DNA of 64,000 nucleotides from Ylistrum balloti (GCF_031769215.1 NW_026782105.1:620001-684000), one strand, 5' to 3'. Positions 25,301 to 40,300 are shown, counted from the first letter of the stretch. Notes: generated by a model from the letters alone, not told the origin. Numbers and translations: made by a program.

Positions 25301-28300
25301 AGATTTCCAGAGGGGTGTGCAGGTTATTCCACTTCACCAGACCTGTAAATCCCAGTAGGGAAAACTCCAGGAAGCAAGTTAAATGTAGGCCTCCTAGGTA
25401 TATTTAGTAGTGAGAGTACACACACCTTGGATATATATACACTGAACAGACCCCCACCCCTGGTTAATATACATCAGTATATAGACATAGCAGATCAATT
25501 CTTTACTTTAACAATCAGGTAAAGTTTCCGAACTTATCCATGAGTGCCCTAAAACTAGTCATGTGATACCACGCAGCTATTTTGATAATATCTTAACACA
25601 TGTAATTATGAGTAATAAGTTGTGAGCCCTTCACTAGTGGTACCTATATGTAGGTGTATCATGTGTGGTACACAGGTCAAAACAGCTGGGCTATCATCAA
25701 CAAAACACAACTTCTGTCAATAGATAACATACACACCATAGATCAATCTACCAGATATACAAAGCAAGTGGCTTTTTCCACTTCCTTTTTATCTATGTTA
25801 GGTCAGTATATGAACATGATAGATTTTATTTTCATATAAATTGTCGTATCTTAAAATGGAAAATTTGTGAAATAAAAGAAACTATAAAACAAAACACCCA
25901 GATAAGATAGGAAAGTCTATAAGACAGAAGTGCCCAGGCTTCCATACAGAATGTAATCATCTGTAGAACTCGGTATCTTTTATGTGACATTTTGGGTTAA
26001 ATATGAACCAAACCTTGAAACTGATTCTGAACAGGAAGCAATGTGATATAATGGGGCAGATGGACAGACAGGATTACAGGAAATGTCTCTATTGTCTACC
26101 AATCTAATATGACAATGACCAAACCAATAGTTCTTGTCCTTTTGATGTTGACAAATTGATATACAAATAAAATGAAGACATCATAGCTCTGTACAAAGTG
26201 TATTTACATATCACAGATTGTACACAAACTGACACCATTATGATAAGCTATGGAGTTAAACCAAGTCTATGACAGGGGCCACCTAATTAACGTAGAAATC
26301 CTGTAGTAATTTCAATCTTCCTGTGTTATTATAATGTAAACTCTTGCGTATAAAATTTTCAATATTATCAAAAAGGAAAACTTAAGTAAAATTTTATTTT
26401 ATGACAATTATAAAACATATCGTCCCAAGATAGAAAAGAGCACTTAATGTGGAAACCAGCTTAACAGGGATAAATCACAACGAAAAGCATTTAATTCTCT
26501 AAAACCAACGTTAGATTTCTTATATCGCATGTAAGTAAAAGCACAAATAAACTTCTTTAACTTGACTATCCAATAAATACAAGAGAAATAATTGCCACAA
26601 ATAAGTTGCCAGTAAGAAGGCACATATTAACAAGATAAGTCTATAATAGACCACCTCATTCCATGGACAGATTCAGTATATTAATGTGGATTTTTATGTA
26701 AAGTGATCTGAACCGGCTACTGTGTTTGAAGTGCCCAGCCCAGCACCACACACAGCCATGTGATCTAGTAAGCCTGGTGACAGCTGACTGGCCCCAACTA
26801 TCTTTGTCTACATATCTAATCTAGGAATTATAAACATATACTGATGTTGAAACAAGAAGCTATTGTTTATCTTAAATATAATTCACATACATTACTTGGG
26901 AGGTATTCCTCAACAGATGGGCCCAGTTGGTATTTTCTAACTATTTGATAATGTTATCTAGCTTCCACATTAATTCAGAAGACAACTAATTTTTCTAATT
27001 AAACAAGAAAATAGAGAGGTATAACTCAGTTTATACTGAGGGCTGAGACTTGAATTTCACAACTGATGTTCAATCTGAAAAGTATTTAGATTTAAAATTT
27101 GGCTAGGTAAGGTGTGCATAGGAAAAATTTAAACACATTTGACAAAGTGACATAATTTTATGTTTAAACTGGATACATACTTTGGTTTAGCACTTGTAAG
27201 TAGAACAGTGTGTGACAATTAAAATTCAGACTGTCTCACTAATAGAAAGAAGGACAGAGTACAAACCTGTACTGACGACAATGGGAAACTACCAATGTTT
27301 CTCCCATGTTATGAACAGGAAGCAAACACATATATCTTCTGATTTAAAGTAAAAAGGAATACTAACAGGACAACAATAAATCATTTAATGGCTTTCTGAA
27401 ATAGATGTGGGTGGGCTTATTAACAGACATGGGCTTATTACTGAATAAGCAATAACTAGCATCATTTTAAGGAGGGATATGGACAGTTAGTGCAATAAAA
27501 ATCCCATCTTGGCAATGTAAGAAAGTATGATATAATTAAACTTAAGACATCAAATTAAGTATTCTTTTTTTTAATCATACCCTACATCATATTGATTCAG
27601 CAAGTAACACCTAATGTTAACAAGGAGTTCTTTATTATGAACAAAATGTCTTGATCTTTTCTCACATCAAAACTGAAGCATACTTACAGTAAATCTAAAC
27701 ATTTTTTTTCTGATGAATAGCTCTTTCATGTTGGAGATACAAAACCTCCAAGATTCCTTATCAATTTATCTCTCCCTTTTTTTCACAACAGACTTTGATG
27801 TCAGCTCCGATTCATTGGTAGAGCTAGGTCACCTGATTACTTGATGAAATACTCATCAACTCAAATTACTTTCACTGTAATTGTTGCACAACCATTGCTA
27901 TCTTTATTTAAGCAAACTTAACGACAAATTTACTCATATTACTGCAATATCTCCGTCTGTATACCTTTCATACTGAAAGACACTTTTCTCATTAAAATGT
28001 GAAAACTGATTCATCACATAGCTACCGTGTTATTCCACCCAAATCATCTAACTACTGTAAACAGACATATCATAGCAGTAATCTAATTTTAGCCCTCTTC
28101 CGCTGTAACTACTATGCTAAAATATGATAGAGCTAATTGCAGTTTCTGGATGTGGTTGATACACCAATCATTGTAGATGTTCTAGTCCGTCAGTGCATTT
28201 ACTTGCCAAGAAGTGATATTGTGCTAAAATTTGACTGCACCATTCAAGTGTGTTTACAGTATCTTGTTTTCAGTGACATAACATCTATTCCATAACTACC

Positions 28301-31300
28301 CCTTTATCAGTAGTATAATATCCCCTGAATTCCTTACTAGCATCTATTACATCAATCTGTTATGAATACATATTTAGTACCAGAGATAGTTGGTTCTTTA
28401 ATTATGCATGAAAAGAGCTTATAAATAAACTATGGTTCTCTGTGTAAGTACCCATTAACAAAATGGGTAATCCGAAAATATTTTTATTTCAAAATATTAG
28501 CATGACTTGGCCTGACCATTGAGATGCCCAACTTTAGCATTAAGTACTAAGAGATTAATACAATCAGTGTACACAGTACATGCATTCACGGCTGTACCAA
28601 TATCACAACCTTATCTAGAGTAAACAATCAGCTCATCCTACATCAATAAATCTACACTGATATGTCAAAGTTTTTAGTGTTGACACAAGATTAGCCCTAC
28701 ACAGTTTAACAAAAGGTTATACATCCTAAACACCTGCATATTTAACCAACTTTAAATAAAACACTTTCTTATTTCATTGACAAATATTCCTTTTAAAATA
28801 ATTGTGTATTGCTCAAATGTGCATGACATTCCTCCAACAGATATAACTACAATAATGTAGGGTTTTATTTTATAACTAGAAAGTGTTTATTTTCTACTAA
28901 AAACAACATCAAATTTCTCTTTGATGTCTATTTCAGCAGTGAATATGGTTAGCTTATAAACCAGTAATCCTTAAGTAGAGTTGTGAGCTGGTTCATTGTA
29001 ATAAGATACAGTCCATAACATCAAGATGACAAGGCAACAATGCACGAAATAGTGCTCAACTGTATACAGATACTTTATGTGAAAGCAAAAACTATAAAGG
29101 TAGTGTGGTAGACTGAAACATCCTCAACTGTGAGCAGATTTTAAGTTGGTGCAATTCTCCTATTGGTACAGATCTTAAAAAAACTTTAATAAACTTTTTG
29201 AAGAACACAAACACTTGAATTTCTTATTTTGCAACTGCCATACTAGTACCTGGGTATCAACATCAGACTATAATAAAGGTATCTGGTAAACATCAAACTA
29301 CAATACAGGTATCTAATAAACATCACACTACCATACAGGTATCTGGTAAACATCAAACTACCATCAGGTATCTGGTAAACATCAAACTACCATACAGGTA
29401 TCTGGTAAACATCAAACTACCATACCAGGTATCTGGTAAACATCACACTACCATACTAGTACCTGGTATCAACATCAGACTATTATAATAAAGGTATCTG
29501 GTAAACATCAAACTACCATCAGGTATCTGTTAAACATCAAACTACCATACAGGTATCTGGTAAACATTAAACTACCATCAAGTATCTAGTAAACATCAAA
29601 CTACCATCAAGTATCTAGTAAACATCAAACTACCATCAGGTATCTGGTAAACACCAAACTACCATACAGGTATATTGTAAACATTAAACTACCATCAAGT
29701 ATCTAGTAAACATCAAACTACCATCAGGTATCTGGTAAACACCAAACTACCATACAGGTATCTGGTAAACATTAAACTACCATCAGGTATCTGGTAAACA
29801 TCAAACTACCATACAGGTATCTGGTAAACATCAAACTACCATCAGGTATCTGGTAAACACCAAACTACCATACAGGTATCTGGTAAACATTAAACTACCA
29901 TCAGGTATCTGGTAAACATCAAACTACCATACAGGTATCTGGTAAACATCAAACTACCATCAGGTATCTGGTAAACATCACATTACCATACTAGTACCTG
30001 GTATCAACATCAGACTATTATAATAAAGGTATCTGGTAAACATCAAACTACCATACAGGTATCTGGTAAACATCAAACTACCATACAGGTATCTGGTAAA
30101 CATCAAACTAACATACAGGTCTCTGGTAAACATCAAGCTACCATACAGGTATCTGGTAAACATCAAACTACCATACAGGTATCTCGTAAACATCAAACTA
30201 CCATACAGGTATCTGGTAAACATCAAACTACCATACAGGTATCTAATAAACATCAAACTACCATCAGGTATCTGGTAAACATCAAACTACCATACAGGCA
30301 TCTGGTAAACATCAAACTACCATACAGGTATCTGGTAAACATCAAACTACCATACAGGTATCTGGTAAACATCAAACTACCATCAGGTATCTGGTAAACA
30401 TCAAACTACCATACAGGTATCTGGTAAACATCAAACTACCATCAGGTATCTGGTAAACATCAAACTAACATACAGGTATCTGATAAACATTAAACTACCA
30501 TCAGGTATCTGGTAAACATCAAACTACCATACTGGTATCTGGTAAACATCAAACTACCATACAGGTATCTGGTAAACATTAAACTACCATCAGGTATCTG
30601 GTAAACATCAAACTACCATACTGGTATCTGGTAAACATCAAACTACCATACAGGTATCTGGTAAACACCAAACTGGCATCTTGTTAAAAAATTCCTACCT
30701 TATCTTCAGTCTCTTTCTTTTCTTCTTTTTCCTCTTCTTTTTCATCATCTTCCTAAAATCAGAATTGCATCTCTGGTCAATTTCATTCTATAACAATTAC
30801 CAATATCATCAATACCAAACTATAATAACAGTGATATTCAAATTTGTGATATAATCAATAAAAAGAATTTAAAGACAGATAATGTAACAATTGCGTTGAC
30901 AGAAATTGGTTTAATTTTTTTTTTTTTTTTGTCAATACACCTGATAAGCTGAAAACATCAGCACTGAAAAAAAATTGAACTTGAAAACAAAAGTATGTAT
31001 GGAAGACTAAACAATATGGCTACATAGACATGCTGAATATATAATGAAACATTTGTAATGGATTAATGATGAACACTTTCCTTTGGAATGATTTTCTGAG
31101 GTTCAGCAGAAGGAACAATACAGAACATGCTGTTTGGACGGAACAGAGTGTGTTTTCTAAATAGGAAACAATTACTCACTAGTCATAACTGAATTGTATG
31201 TCAAAGGTACGACATATCTACACCAAAGCAGGGAAAGTTTTCAGATCAGCATTGTCAATGCCTTTTACAATAACAAAGAATGGTTTAATCTGTTGGGTGT

Positions 31301-34300
31301 AAATGGCTAGAATGCACATTCTGATTTCCTTGACAAATGAATTATCACTTGTACACATCCTGGGGCAAACTGCAGGGTGCAAGCATGAATAGGGAAGATT
31401 GCATGCATAATGTTTCTGGAAGTGAACATGAATTGTGTTCAAGGCAAGTATCAAAGTAAGGCAAGGAAGATATTTTAAGTGTGAAGCATGAAGCAAGTAT
31501 CATGTGTAAGGTAATAAATATTTATTGTGTGTAAGGTAAGGAACATGTATTGTGTGTAAGGTAAGGAAAATGTATTGTGTGTAAGGTAAGGAAAATGTAT
31601 TGTGTGTAAGGTAAGGAACATGTAGTGTGTGTAAGGTAAGGAAAATGTATTGTGTGTAAGGTAAGGAACATGTATTGTGTGTAAGGTAAGGAAAATGTAT
31701 TGTGTGTAAGGTAAGGAACATGTATTGTGTGTAAGGTAAGGAACATGTAGTGTGTGTAAGGTAAGGAAAATGTATTGTGTGTAAGGTAAGGAACATGTAG
31801 TGTGTGTAAGGTAAGGAAAATGTATTGTGTGTAAGGTAAGGAACATGTATTGTGTGTAAGGTAAGGAACATGTATTGTGTGTAAGGTAAGGAAAATGTAT
31901 TGTGTGTAAGGTAAGGAACATGTATTGTGTGTAAGGTAAGGAAAATGTATTGTGTGTAAGGTAAGGAACATGTAGTGTGTGTAAGGTAAGGAAAATGTAT
32001 TGTGTGTAAGGTAAGGAACATGTAGTGTGTGTAAGGTAAGGAAAATGTATTGTGTGTAAGGTAAGGAACATGTAGTGTGTGTAAGGTAAGGAAAATGTAT
32101 TGTGTGTAAGGTAAGGAACATGTAGTGTGTGTAAGGTAAGGAAAATGTATTGTGTGTAAGGTAAGGAACATGTATTGTGTGTAAGGTAAGGAACATGTAT
32201 TGTGTGTAAGGTAAGGAAAATGTATTGTGTGTAAGGTAAGGAACATGTATTGTGTGTAAGGTAAGGAACATGTAGTGTGTGTAAGGTAAGGAAAATGTAT
32301 TGTGTGTAAGGTAAGGAACATGTAGTGTGTGTAAGGTAAGGAAAATGTATTGTGTGTAAGGTAAGGAACATGTATTGTGTGTAAGGTAAGGAACATGTAT
32401 TGTGTGTAAGGTAAGGAAAATGTATTGTGTGTAAGGTAAGGAACATGTATTGTGTGTAAGGTAAGGAAAATGTATTATGTGTAAGGTAAGGAACATGTAT
32501 TGTGTGTAAGGTAAGGAAAATGTATTGTGTGTAAGGTAAGGAACATGTATTGTGTGTAAGGTAAGGAAAATGTATTATGTGTAAGGTAGAAAACATGCAT
32601 TTATTGTGTGCAGGACAGGGAGTATGTATAGTGTGTAAAACAGAGAACATGTATTGTGTGTAAGGAAGAAAATATGTATTATGAGTAAGACTGAAAACAT
32701 GTACTTACTAAACAATCTCTCCATTGGTTACTGTACTTTTAAATATTTATAAAGGCCATTGCATGCAGACCAAATTCTTATAGTGCCATATAATTCCTTC
32801 TTGTAAGTTGCATGAAGCCATTATTATCTTATTTATCCTAAACAAGCATGGCAGTCGTTCTAGAATGTGACCTATAACCCGATGACCTATTGATCCCAGG
32901 ATGTAAAAGGCTATTGTAAACCTCTGGTAAACTTCTGCCATGGCTTCAAAGTAACAGTGAAAGTCCAGAAGATATCATTGTGATTCAAATTAAATGGTAT
33001 CATCAATTGAATCCACAAGAATTTTACTTTTAATTCAAATCTTCAAATCAACCTGTATACGATTGCAAATGATGGTTCTGGATGATTTGTTTCAGTCATA
33101 AACACATGAAAGGAAGGTACTCATAAAAAACTTAGTACCGTCTCTTAATGTGTACTGGTGCGCTTTCTGTCTTGTGAGGGTTTTTTTTTTCCATCCTACA
33201 GATTTTTTTTTTGGTCCACATAAAAGTTGCACCCATATACAAGCATGTATTGTGTGTAAGACAGAAAACATGTATTGTGAGTAAGACAGAAAACATTGTG
33301 TAAGCTTGTAAGGTAGGGAATGTATTGTACATCAGACAGCAGAATTATGACAGAATGGTGTGTAAATATGAGTGAAGGCCAGCAAATAACCTGTTTACCT
33401 TTTTAAAACAAAAATCTATGGGCAATGTTAGAATTTTCTACAAATGAAACAAAAACACAACTTGCATTACACAAGGTTAATGATGTAGCAGCAGATAAAT
33501 GTGGAGATTAGTGTAGACAGTGATGATTTAATACTCACAGCAATGACAACATTAACCCATGAGTAAAGTTACAAACGAAGGACATTAAAACACAACAAAT
33601 GTGAATTAAAATGAACCATGATTAAGATAAATAATTCCCTCTACAAATTACAGGTTAGAAAAACACATTAATAAAGAACTTGTCAAATACATATATTCCA
33701 TATGAAATCAAATCCAAGGGAGATAACTTACATCATTTTTGGCATCATAGGACACTATACCCGTTGATCGTCTTTCCTTTCTTGTTCTCCGAGCTCGTAC
33801 TGTCCTCATATCATGGGATTTCTCTTGTGAGTCTGAAGAAACCAAAATTAAATTAAAGCAAACAGTTTCATTTAGTTTCTGTTTCAGTATTTTCAAAATT
33901 TCCAATTGATCAGTTACCAAAGTTTGTTTTAATAGATTTACCTAGTCTCCAATTTTTAGTTCTGCAAGCACTCCATTTAAACATCAGAACTTGATCAAGA
34001 TAACATTTCCCTTTCACTTGAAAAATTCAGCTCTTCTAATAAAATTCAATATACATTGCTCTATTCCTTCCCTTGGAAGTCAATATCTTTTGTCAATTTG
34101 TTTGATGCTTATCTGACACACCTACATTTCCAAAACTCAATGTTTACTGATTAAACTCTAAATAGAAGTCTGAATTATGAGCTTCCTGAAGATAACACAT
34201 TACATATACATATTCTGTAAGAACACATTTGCTTATTTTTGTATGAGCACACACTTTTTCACATTTTTGAAAGCACACAACAGCCAGCTGATTGACAAAC

Positions 34301-37300
34301 ACACACTAAGCCAGCTGATTGATAAACACACACTTAGCTACTTATCTGATAAACACTCTTTGCTAGTTATTTTATAAACACACATTTCAAGTTATTTTAA
34401 AAACACACAAATCACTAGCTATTTATTGAACACACCTGGTTAGCTATTTGATTTAAACATAACACATATTGCTAGTCATTTCATGAAAACTCATCATCTA
34501 GCATTTCAGCAAGCTATCAGATATAGGAATACACAAACAGGGACATCTGGAATATATTCAAACAGCTCCCAACTATCTGTGTTGTGTTTTTACCATCTTT
34601 AGAATCTTTAAGCCGTTCCTCTTTCTCTTCATTACGACTTTCTAACTCTCCATTGCGTATCCGGTTGGTGCGTAGTGAGGAGGCGCGCGTAAGCCCGGAC
34701 CCCGTGTTCAGACTAGAAGTGGTGGAGGAACTGTCTGATGTTGACAGTGTGTTCCTCTCTCGCCGAGGTATATATGCTGAAATCAAAAGGCAGTATTAGG
34801 GGAGCATGCAGGACATTATACTGGAATACATTAGCCAGGTGAAAAATCTGCCAGTTTTGTTTGCAAGGTTGAAATATGTCAGCTGTAAATATAAATATTT
34901 CTCAAAGAGACAAATTGTGTCAATCTTTCAACTTGGTAAACAAGTAAGTTTGGTTTCAAGGGGATTGGTTTTCCAAAAATATATCAAAATGGAAATGTTG
35001 AAGGTCCTTATGAATAAATGCAATCAGCTATCTCTGTTACATATCACATGAAGAATTGAGAGTTACCATAATCAAGTATATATACATGTAATTTAGTATT
35101 CATTTCTGTATAGACTTGGTAAAAGTACTAGCCAAAATATACTGCTAGGATAGAGAGATCCCTTCTCTCTATCCTAATCGGTAAAGTATAAGACTATAGA
35201 GTCAGAAGTCGCGGGTTTTAATCCTAGTAAAGGCATTGAAATAAATAATGACCTTGGTTTTATGTTAAACAAAATCCCTGACTACTGAAAATTTATTTCT
35301 ACTATCTAAAGTTTTAATGTGGTCAGTGGTGATATAGCTGATATCATGGTATCATCTTCCCCTATCATGATTCAATTCGAATGTCCAATCGGACAGGCAT
35401 TTACAAGTGTATATTATCCAAATTTTCACTTCTAGTTCATATCTGAGGTGTGGAAACAGTGCTGTTTCCTTTTTATATTCCAATGACTTAACAGCAATGA
35501 ATTTGTTCCAAAAAAGATGACAAATGTAAACTGTGTATAACGTTAACTGCTGTCCCATGCTACGGCTTCTAGCAAAGTTTGAATTGAAAGAAATTACACT
35601 CAAAGATTGAAGTGTCCAATATTAACTCTCCCATTCATGAACAGTACAACATCTTCGAAATAACATACAATTTGACCTATTTTTGGCCCTGCCCATCAGC
35701 CCCTGGGGCTCAGCAAAGGTCAATAGGTGCATCTCATCAAACTGTCAGCTTATACTAATGATTCTTACCAAGTTTGAACTATTTCTTAAAGAAATAAACT
35801 AATTGCGTCAAAAATGTAATTTTCCGGTATAAACTATAGTAAATTTTACCTCCTCCCGAACGGGAAATGTGAGACCCTGAGGACATGAAACTCACTGTCA
35901 TCTTATACTTGTAACTCTTACCAAACCTTAACAACTTCCAATAAAAAAATAAACAAATGATGTTCAAAAAAGTAGTTTTCCTATATAAACTCTACTACAT
36001 TTTATCCCCTCCATAGGAGGCAATGCTAGATCCTGTGATGATGAAATTTACAATTTGGTGAGTTATCTGAAGGCTTTTCCATCCATAAAGAGAATTTGAT
36101 TCCACCATTTTTTTTCTCACACCTACAGCTCTGAAAATTATTCAATATTTTATCAGAGTTTAGTATATCCCGTGAAAGCCTCAAACCACCCACACAGCAT
36201 CTTCACGTTTGGATAATGCTACGTACACAATGTAGGCCGCAGCTACAAGGAATCTGAACAACATTTTTACAATGACATAACCTACTTTTTTGTTGAAATG
36301 CACAAGTGTAGGTGCCACTTACATGTGGATGACCTCCATGCGTTAAAAATTCCGTAAAACTTATGTAAGGGTACCAGACAGATCGGGCGAGATAAAAAAA
36401 TCTAGGATAGGATATTAAGCGGGATATTCCTGTCTGAGGTGCGAGAAAAAAAGGATTGCAATAGTTCACCCTGAGACTTTGACAGTTCCTTCAACACCTC
36501 CATTTAAATAGAATTCCGGAATTTTCTCTTCTTGGGTATATATAAGTAGCAAAGATTTATGCTTGTTTACTCGAGTATTCTCTTTTTCAATTCTGTTTGT
36601 ATCATCTTCAAGCAAACAGTAGCACATTCATATTATATCAGTTACAAATTGTAAGGAAATTAGTCTCCATTCATAAGTCTGACAAGATGCAGAAAAATGA
36701 ACAATGAAACGTACCAGATTGGAGTTTTTATTGATATATTGAACCAATGAAGAGGTTAGCGATATCATCATGACTGGGCGGTGCATATCAAGAGATAAGG
36801 AAGTAGATGGGATTCAATGGAAGGAAGCTATGATCATGATATAAAAATGAACATGCATATTATACTTAACTGTAGGCATTCGATGAATTGCATCCCTAAT
36901 TGTTTGACAGTTCAATCGATGTGTTAAGGTTGATGTAGTGAGTTGTTTAAATATACCTACCAGAATCTGTAGAGTAATCCTTGGTGGCATCTCGAGACTT
37001 TCTGTAACTGCCTCTCAGGTCATCCTAAAACATAGATGTATCATGAAACCAATACCTATATTGTTAAAGGCAAACAGTGACATCTTATCAAAAATATCTA
37101 ACAGCATTTTCAGGGATAATTTTAGAGGGTTCGCGGGGCCTCAAAAACTCTTACTGACCCATTTATTATTCCATTTTTCTTTTAATTTTACAAAGGATGT
37201 CCAATCATATTTTTGAGATTGACAAAAAATGGCTGAAAATGGTCCCCTGTTCTCCGCTTCCAGCTTCCCTCAGGTTTATTTAACATAATAATTTGACTGT

Positions 37301-40300
37301 TCTAACCTGTCGACGTTCCTCTAGAGTACGCCGACGTAGCACCGTGGTGTCCTCTGTGGTGCTAACTTCCTTCTTAGTACTTTCTAGTCCAGGTACACGT
37401 TCACTGTCCTTCTGGGATCCAACCTCGGGTACTCGACTCTTGTCATCTGTAGAACTAGTACTGCTTGTTGTAGTTGTTGTCGTCCCAGTTGTCGTGGAAG
37501 TGACCTTTGATGGATCCTTTAAGGCTTTTTCTGCTTGCTGTATATCTTCTAACGTGACACCCTAGAATTCAGGCCATAAAAGTTTTTTCAAGATTATCAT
37601 AAATTCAATATTTGTCTTCATACTAGATCAGATTTCACAACTCTTGGCAAATATTTCAGATTGATAGGATCTTGTCACAATTGAAAGGATGCAAATATCG
37701 GGATGCAGATATCAGGAAGAGGATATGTAAGATTATATTGTATCAAAATTCATCAATGCTGATATGGTTTGAATGTTTAACGTTCTGTATGTCATCTATG
37801 TACAATTCCCAATAAACTTACATCTCCTTCATTAACACAACTGTGCAATGTCTTGGGCAAGTATATTCACATTTCTTTGTTAAGCATAATGCCATTTCCT
37901 AAGAGTATTCTATATGCAGTCCATCTTCCTATCACTTTAACATCCCAGCCAACAAGAGTGATTAACAAATTGTTACTGTATTTGCTGGTATTTAACTACC
38001 TGTGTGGACCTCCTTGTCTCCCGAGCACGCTTGGCCCGAGCCTTTCTTAGCGTCTCTGCCTCCTCATCTCGTTTTGGTGGTTCGTAAGATCTAGGTGACA
38101 GTAAACAAGCCATTGATAATCTCTTGAAAGATCTATCATCATGGTTTCCTATATCACTATAAAGTCTACATTCAATTCTCAACAGTAATTGTTAAGTTCA
38201 AGTCAGTATGTTATTTGACCTTTTCAGTGATTTGAATGTGAAACATGGCACTAGTATTAAAATCAAATTCACATGAAAAAAAATTCATAAACAACTTGAT
38301 AGCAAGATTTCCATGTGTAGTTCAAAATTTCTCTGCTTTCCCAAATTCATACTTTGAATTAAAACTGGTAACAAACAAGCAAACAATGCAAAAGTGCAAA
38401 CTGAAGCATGTCAACTTCTGTTAGTGCATTCTCATGAAGCATTCTCTTATGTTAATTATGATAATTGTTTTCTTATAAAAATCTGATCAAAACATTTAGG
38501 TTAAAATCTTATAAATTTAACATTTCCAAATAATTTGATTTTGGATATTATGTTACAGGTCAGCTATGGTTTTGTAACAGTTGTGATTACAGTTGGGAAG
38601 ACGCCCATTTGAGATAATGACATGTGATAGATTATCTGAGAATTAAGCCTGATATTTCTCTTTGCAGATTAAATCCAAATATTTCTCTGCAGAAATAATC
38701 TTCAGGTAAAAAAAAGTTGTTGTTTTTCAGTTTATCTATTCCAATACAAAATGTATTAATGTGGATGTTAAGTAATAACTGCGACAATGAAACAGACAAA
38801 CCTTTTACTAAATTGGTAATTAGAGTAGGGGGAGGTAATGATGTTAGATGATGACGATGATGACATAGACGATGACATGCTTGATCCAGTAGATGAGGTG
38901 GGTGTGGTTGAGCCAGAGAGGCGTATGTTGGCTGCAGCTGCTGATTCTCTTTCTCGTTCACGGCGTTCATTGTTCTCCTGCTGACGTGTGTAGTAGGGGA
39001 TGTACGCCGGTAAGTATGATGACGAGGTGGAGGTAAAGGAGGTTGGTCGTCGATAAGGTCCAGTGGATGTACTGCTATACTGTGAACCATACCTGTAACA
39101 TGAGTATTGCCACGATGGCAGTCACACTACAGCATGCCCAACATGCAATGTTATTGTAACCTGGTACTCATGCTAAATCGTATGTATAACCCAAACTTGT
39201 ACTTACTAACTCCTCTTCTTATCACAATGGCACCAGGGTTGAAATTGAAATGCAGCCATTTGTTGTGGGGATTTTCAGAAATTTTAGCATAAACAGTTTT
39301 TCTCAGAAAATGAAGCTTGACAGTAAGAAATTCAAAGATCAAGTCCCATATTTTGACAAAAACCCAAAAAATTACAGATTTCTAAAGATAATAATAATGG
39401 TCTGAGATTTAGACAGAAAAACTTTGAAATTGATGACATTTCAGTAAAGATAAACAGGCTAGTACCTAACAACATATATTAACATGAGCACCGGGTATAA
39501 CATCAATGTAACAAAAATCTGACACAGACATTGTGGCAGTCAAAACAATAAAACTATATTAGAAAATGGGTGATTCCTTAATAAAAACGTAACAAAAACA
39601 AATCAAGGGTAGAGCAGAAATTCTTGTCAACAGTGAAATGCATCAATTTCAAATTAAAATGTAGTCAGCCATGCATGAATTGATCCAGGCATCTTTAATG
39701 ACAGCAAATGATAATTAATATTTTAATAATGAACATTCACCAGCATGATGAAAGAAAGGATGATGAAACAATAAACCTTATTTAATACATACACCTTGAA
39801 CAATAACTTAACAATATAGACACAGAACAATTGCCATTAAACTTTGCCTGACCACTATTAAAGACTTTCAACCAAATTTTTAAACATTTTTAATGACATA
39901 TAAGGAAAGAGATTTATAATTTCGATAAATTCTCAGGAATTTTTGCCACAGATTTTCTTTCCCCTAAATGGGCCTTTTTGACTGATAATATCAAAAATGC
40001 CCAAATATGGAATGAATTTCCATCTTGAAGGTCTGAAATTTGTTGAAGATATAGACAGCTAACAGAAGGAAGATTTATTCTACATAGTTTTACACTTTTT
40101 AGCACTTTATATAGACAACCGTCTTCCAAGAACAACCAGTATGTTATACACATCAGCACCAAGACAACACTGACTGTCCCTAAGTACCAAACCATCATAA
40201 TTCTGTAAAATATCCACCATTACCTCATAATCTTACTCAACAAAAAGAAAATTACTATCAAACATTGTTCCTTTTATCTAGCTCGCCTAACTTCCAGGTG

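Noticed and set aside
25095-25337. 80-aa ORF MKWNNLHTPL... near the putative internal promoter
   Set aside because: No recognisable domain, no compatible splice phase and no coding-like composition.
10651-30675. CRISPR-like appearance of regularly repeated 26-41-bp units
   Set aside because: The units are directly adjacent with no unique spacers, there are no cas genes, and the context is a eukaryotic intron.
31475-32650. Three long minus-strand ORFs (391, 298 and 324 aa)
   Set aside because: They come from a stop-free 25-bp repeat read in all three frames, with no protein signature.
35168-35235. Functional tRNA gene
   Set aside because: The B-box is mutated and no intact acceptor stem or cloverleaf can be drawn, so I treated it as a SINE-like relic.
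36571-36605. Possible 35-nt exon (D)DTNRIEKENTR with AAG acceptor and GTAAAC donor
   Set aside because: Phase 1-0 would shift the frame between exons 36961 and 34776, and I found no compensating partner exon.
38632-39090. Track ORF MVHSIAVHPL... (152 aa)
   Set aside because: It is an alternate frame of the true exon 38802-39092. Splice phases require the YGSQYSS frame.
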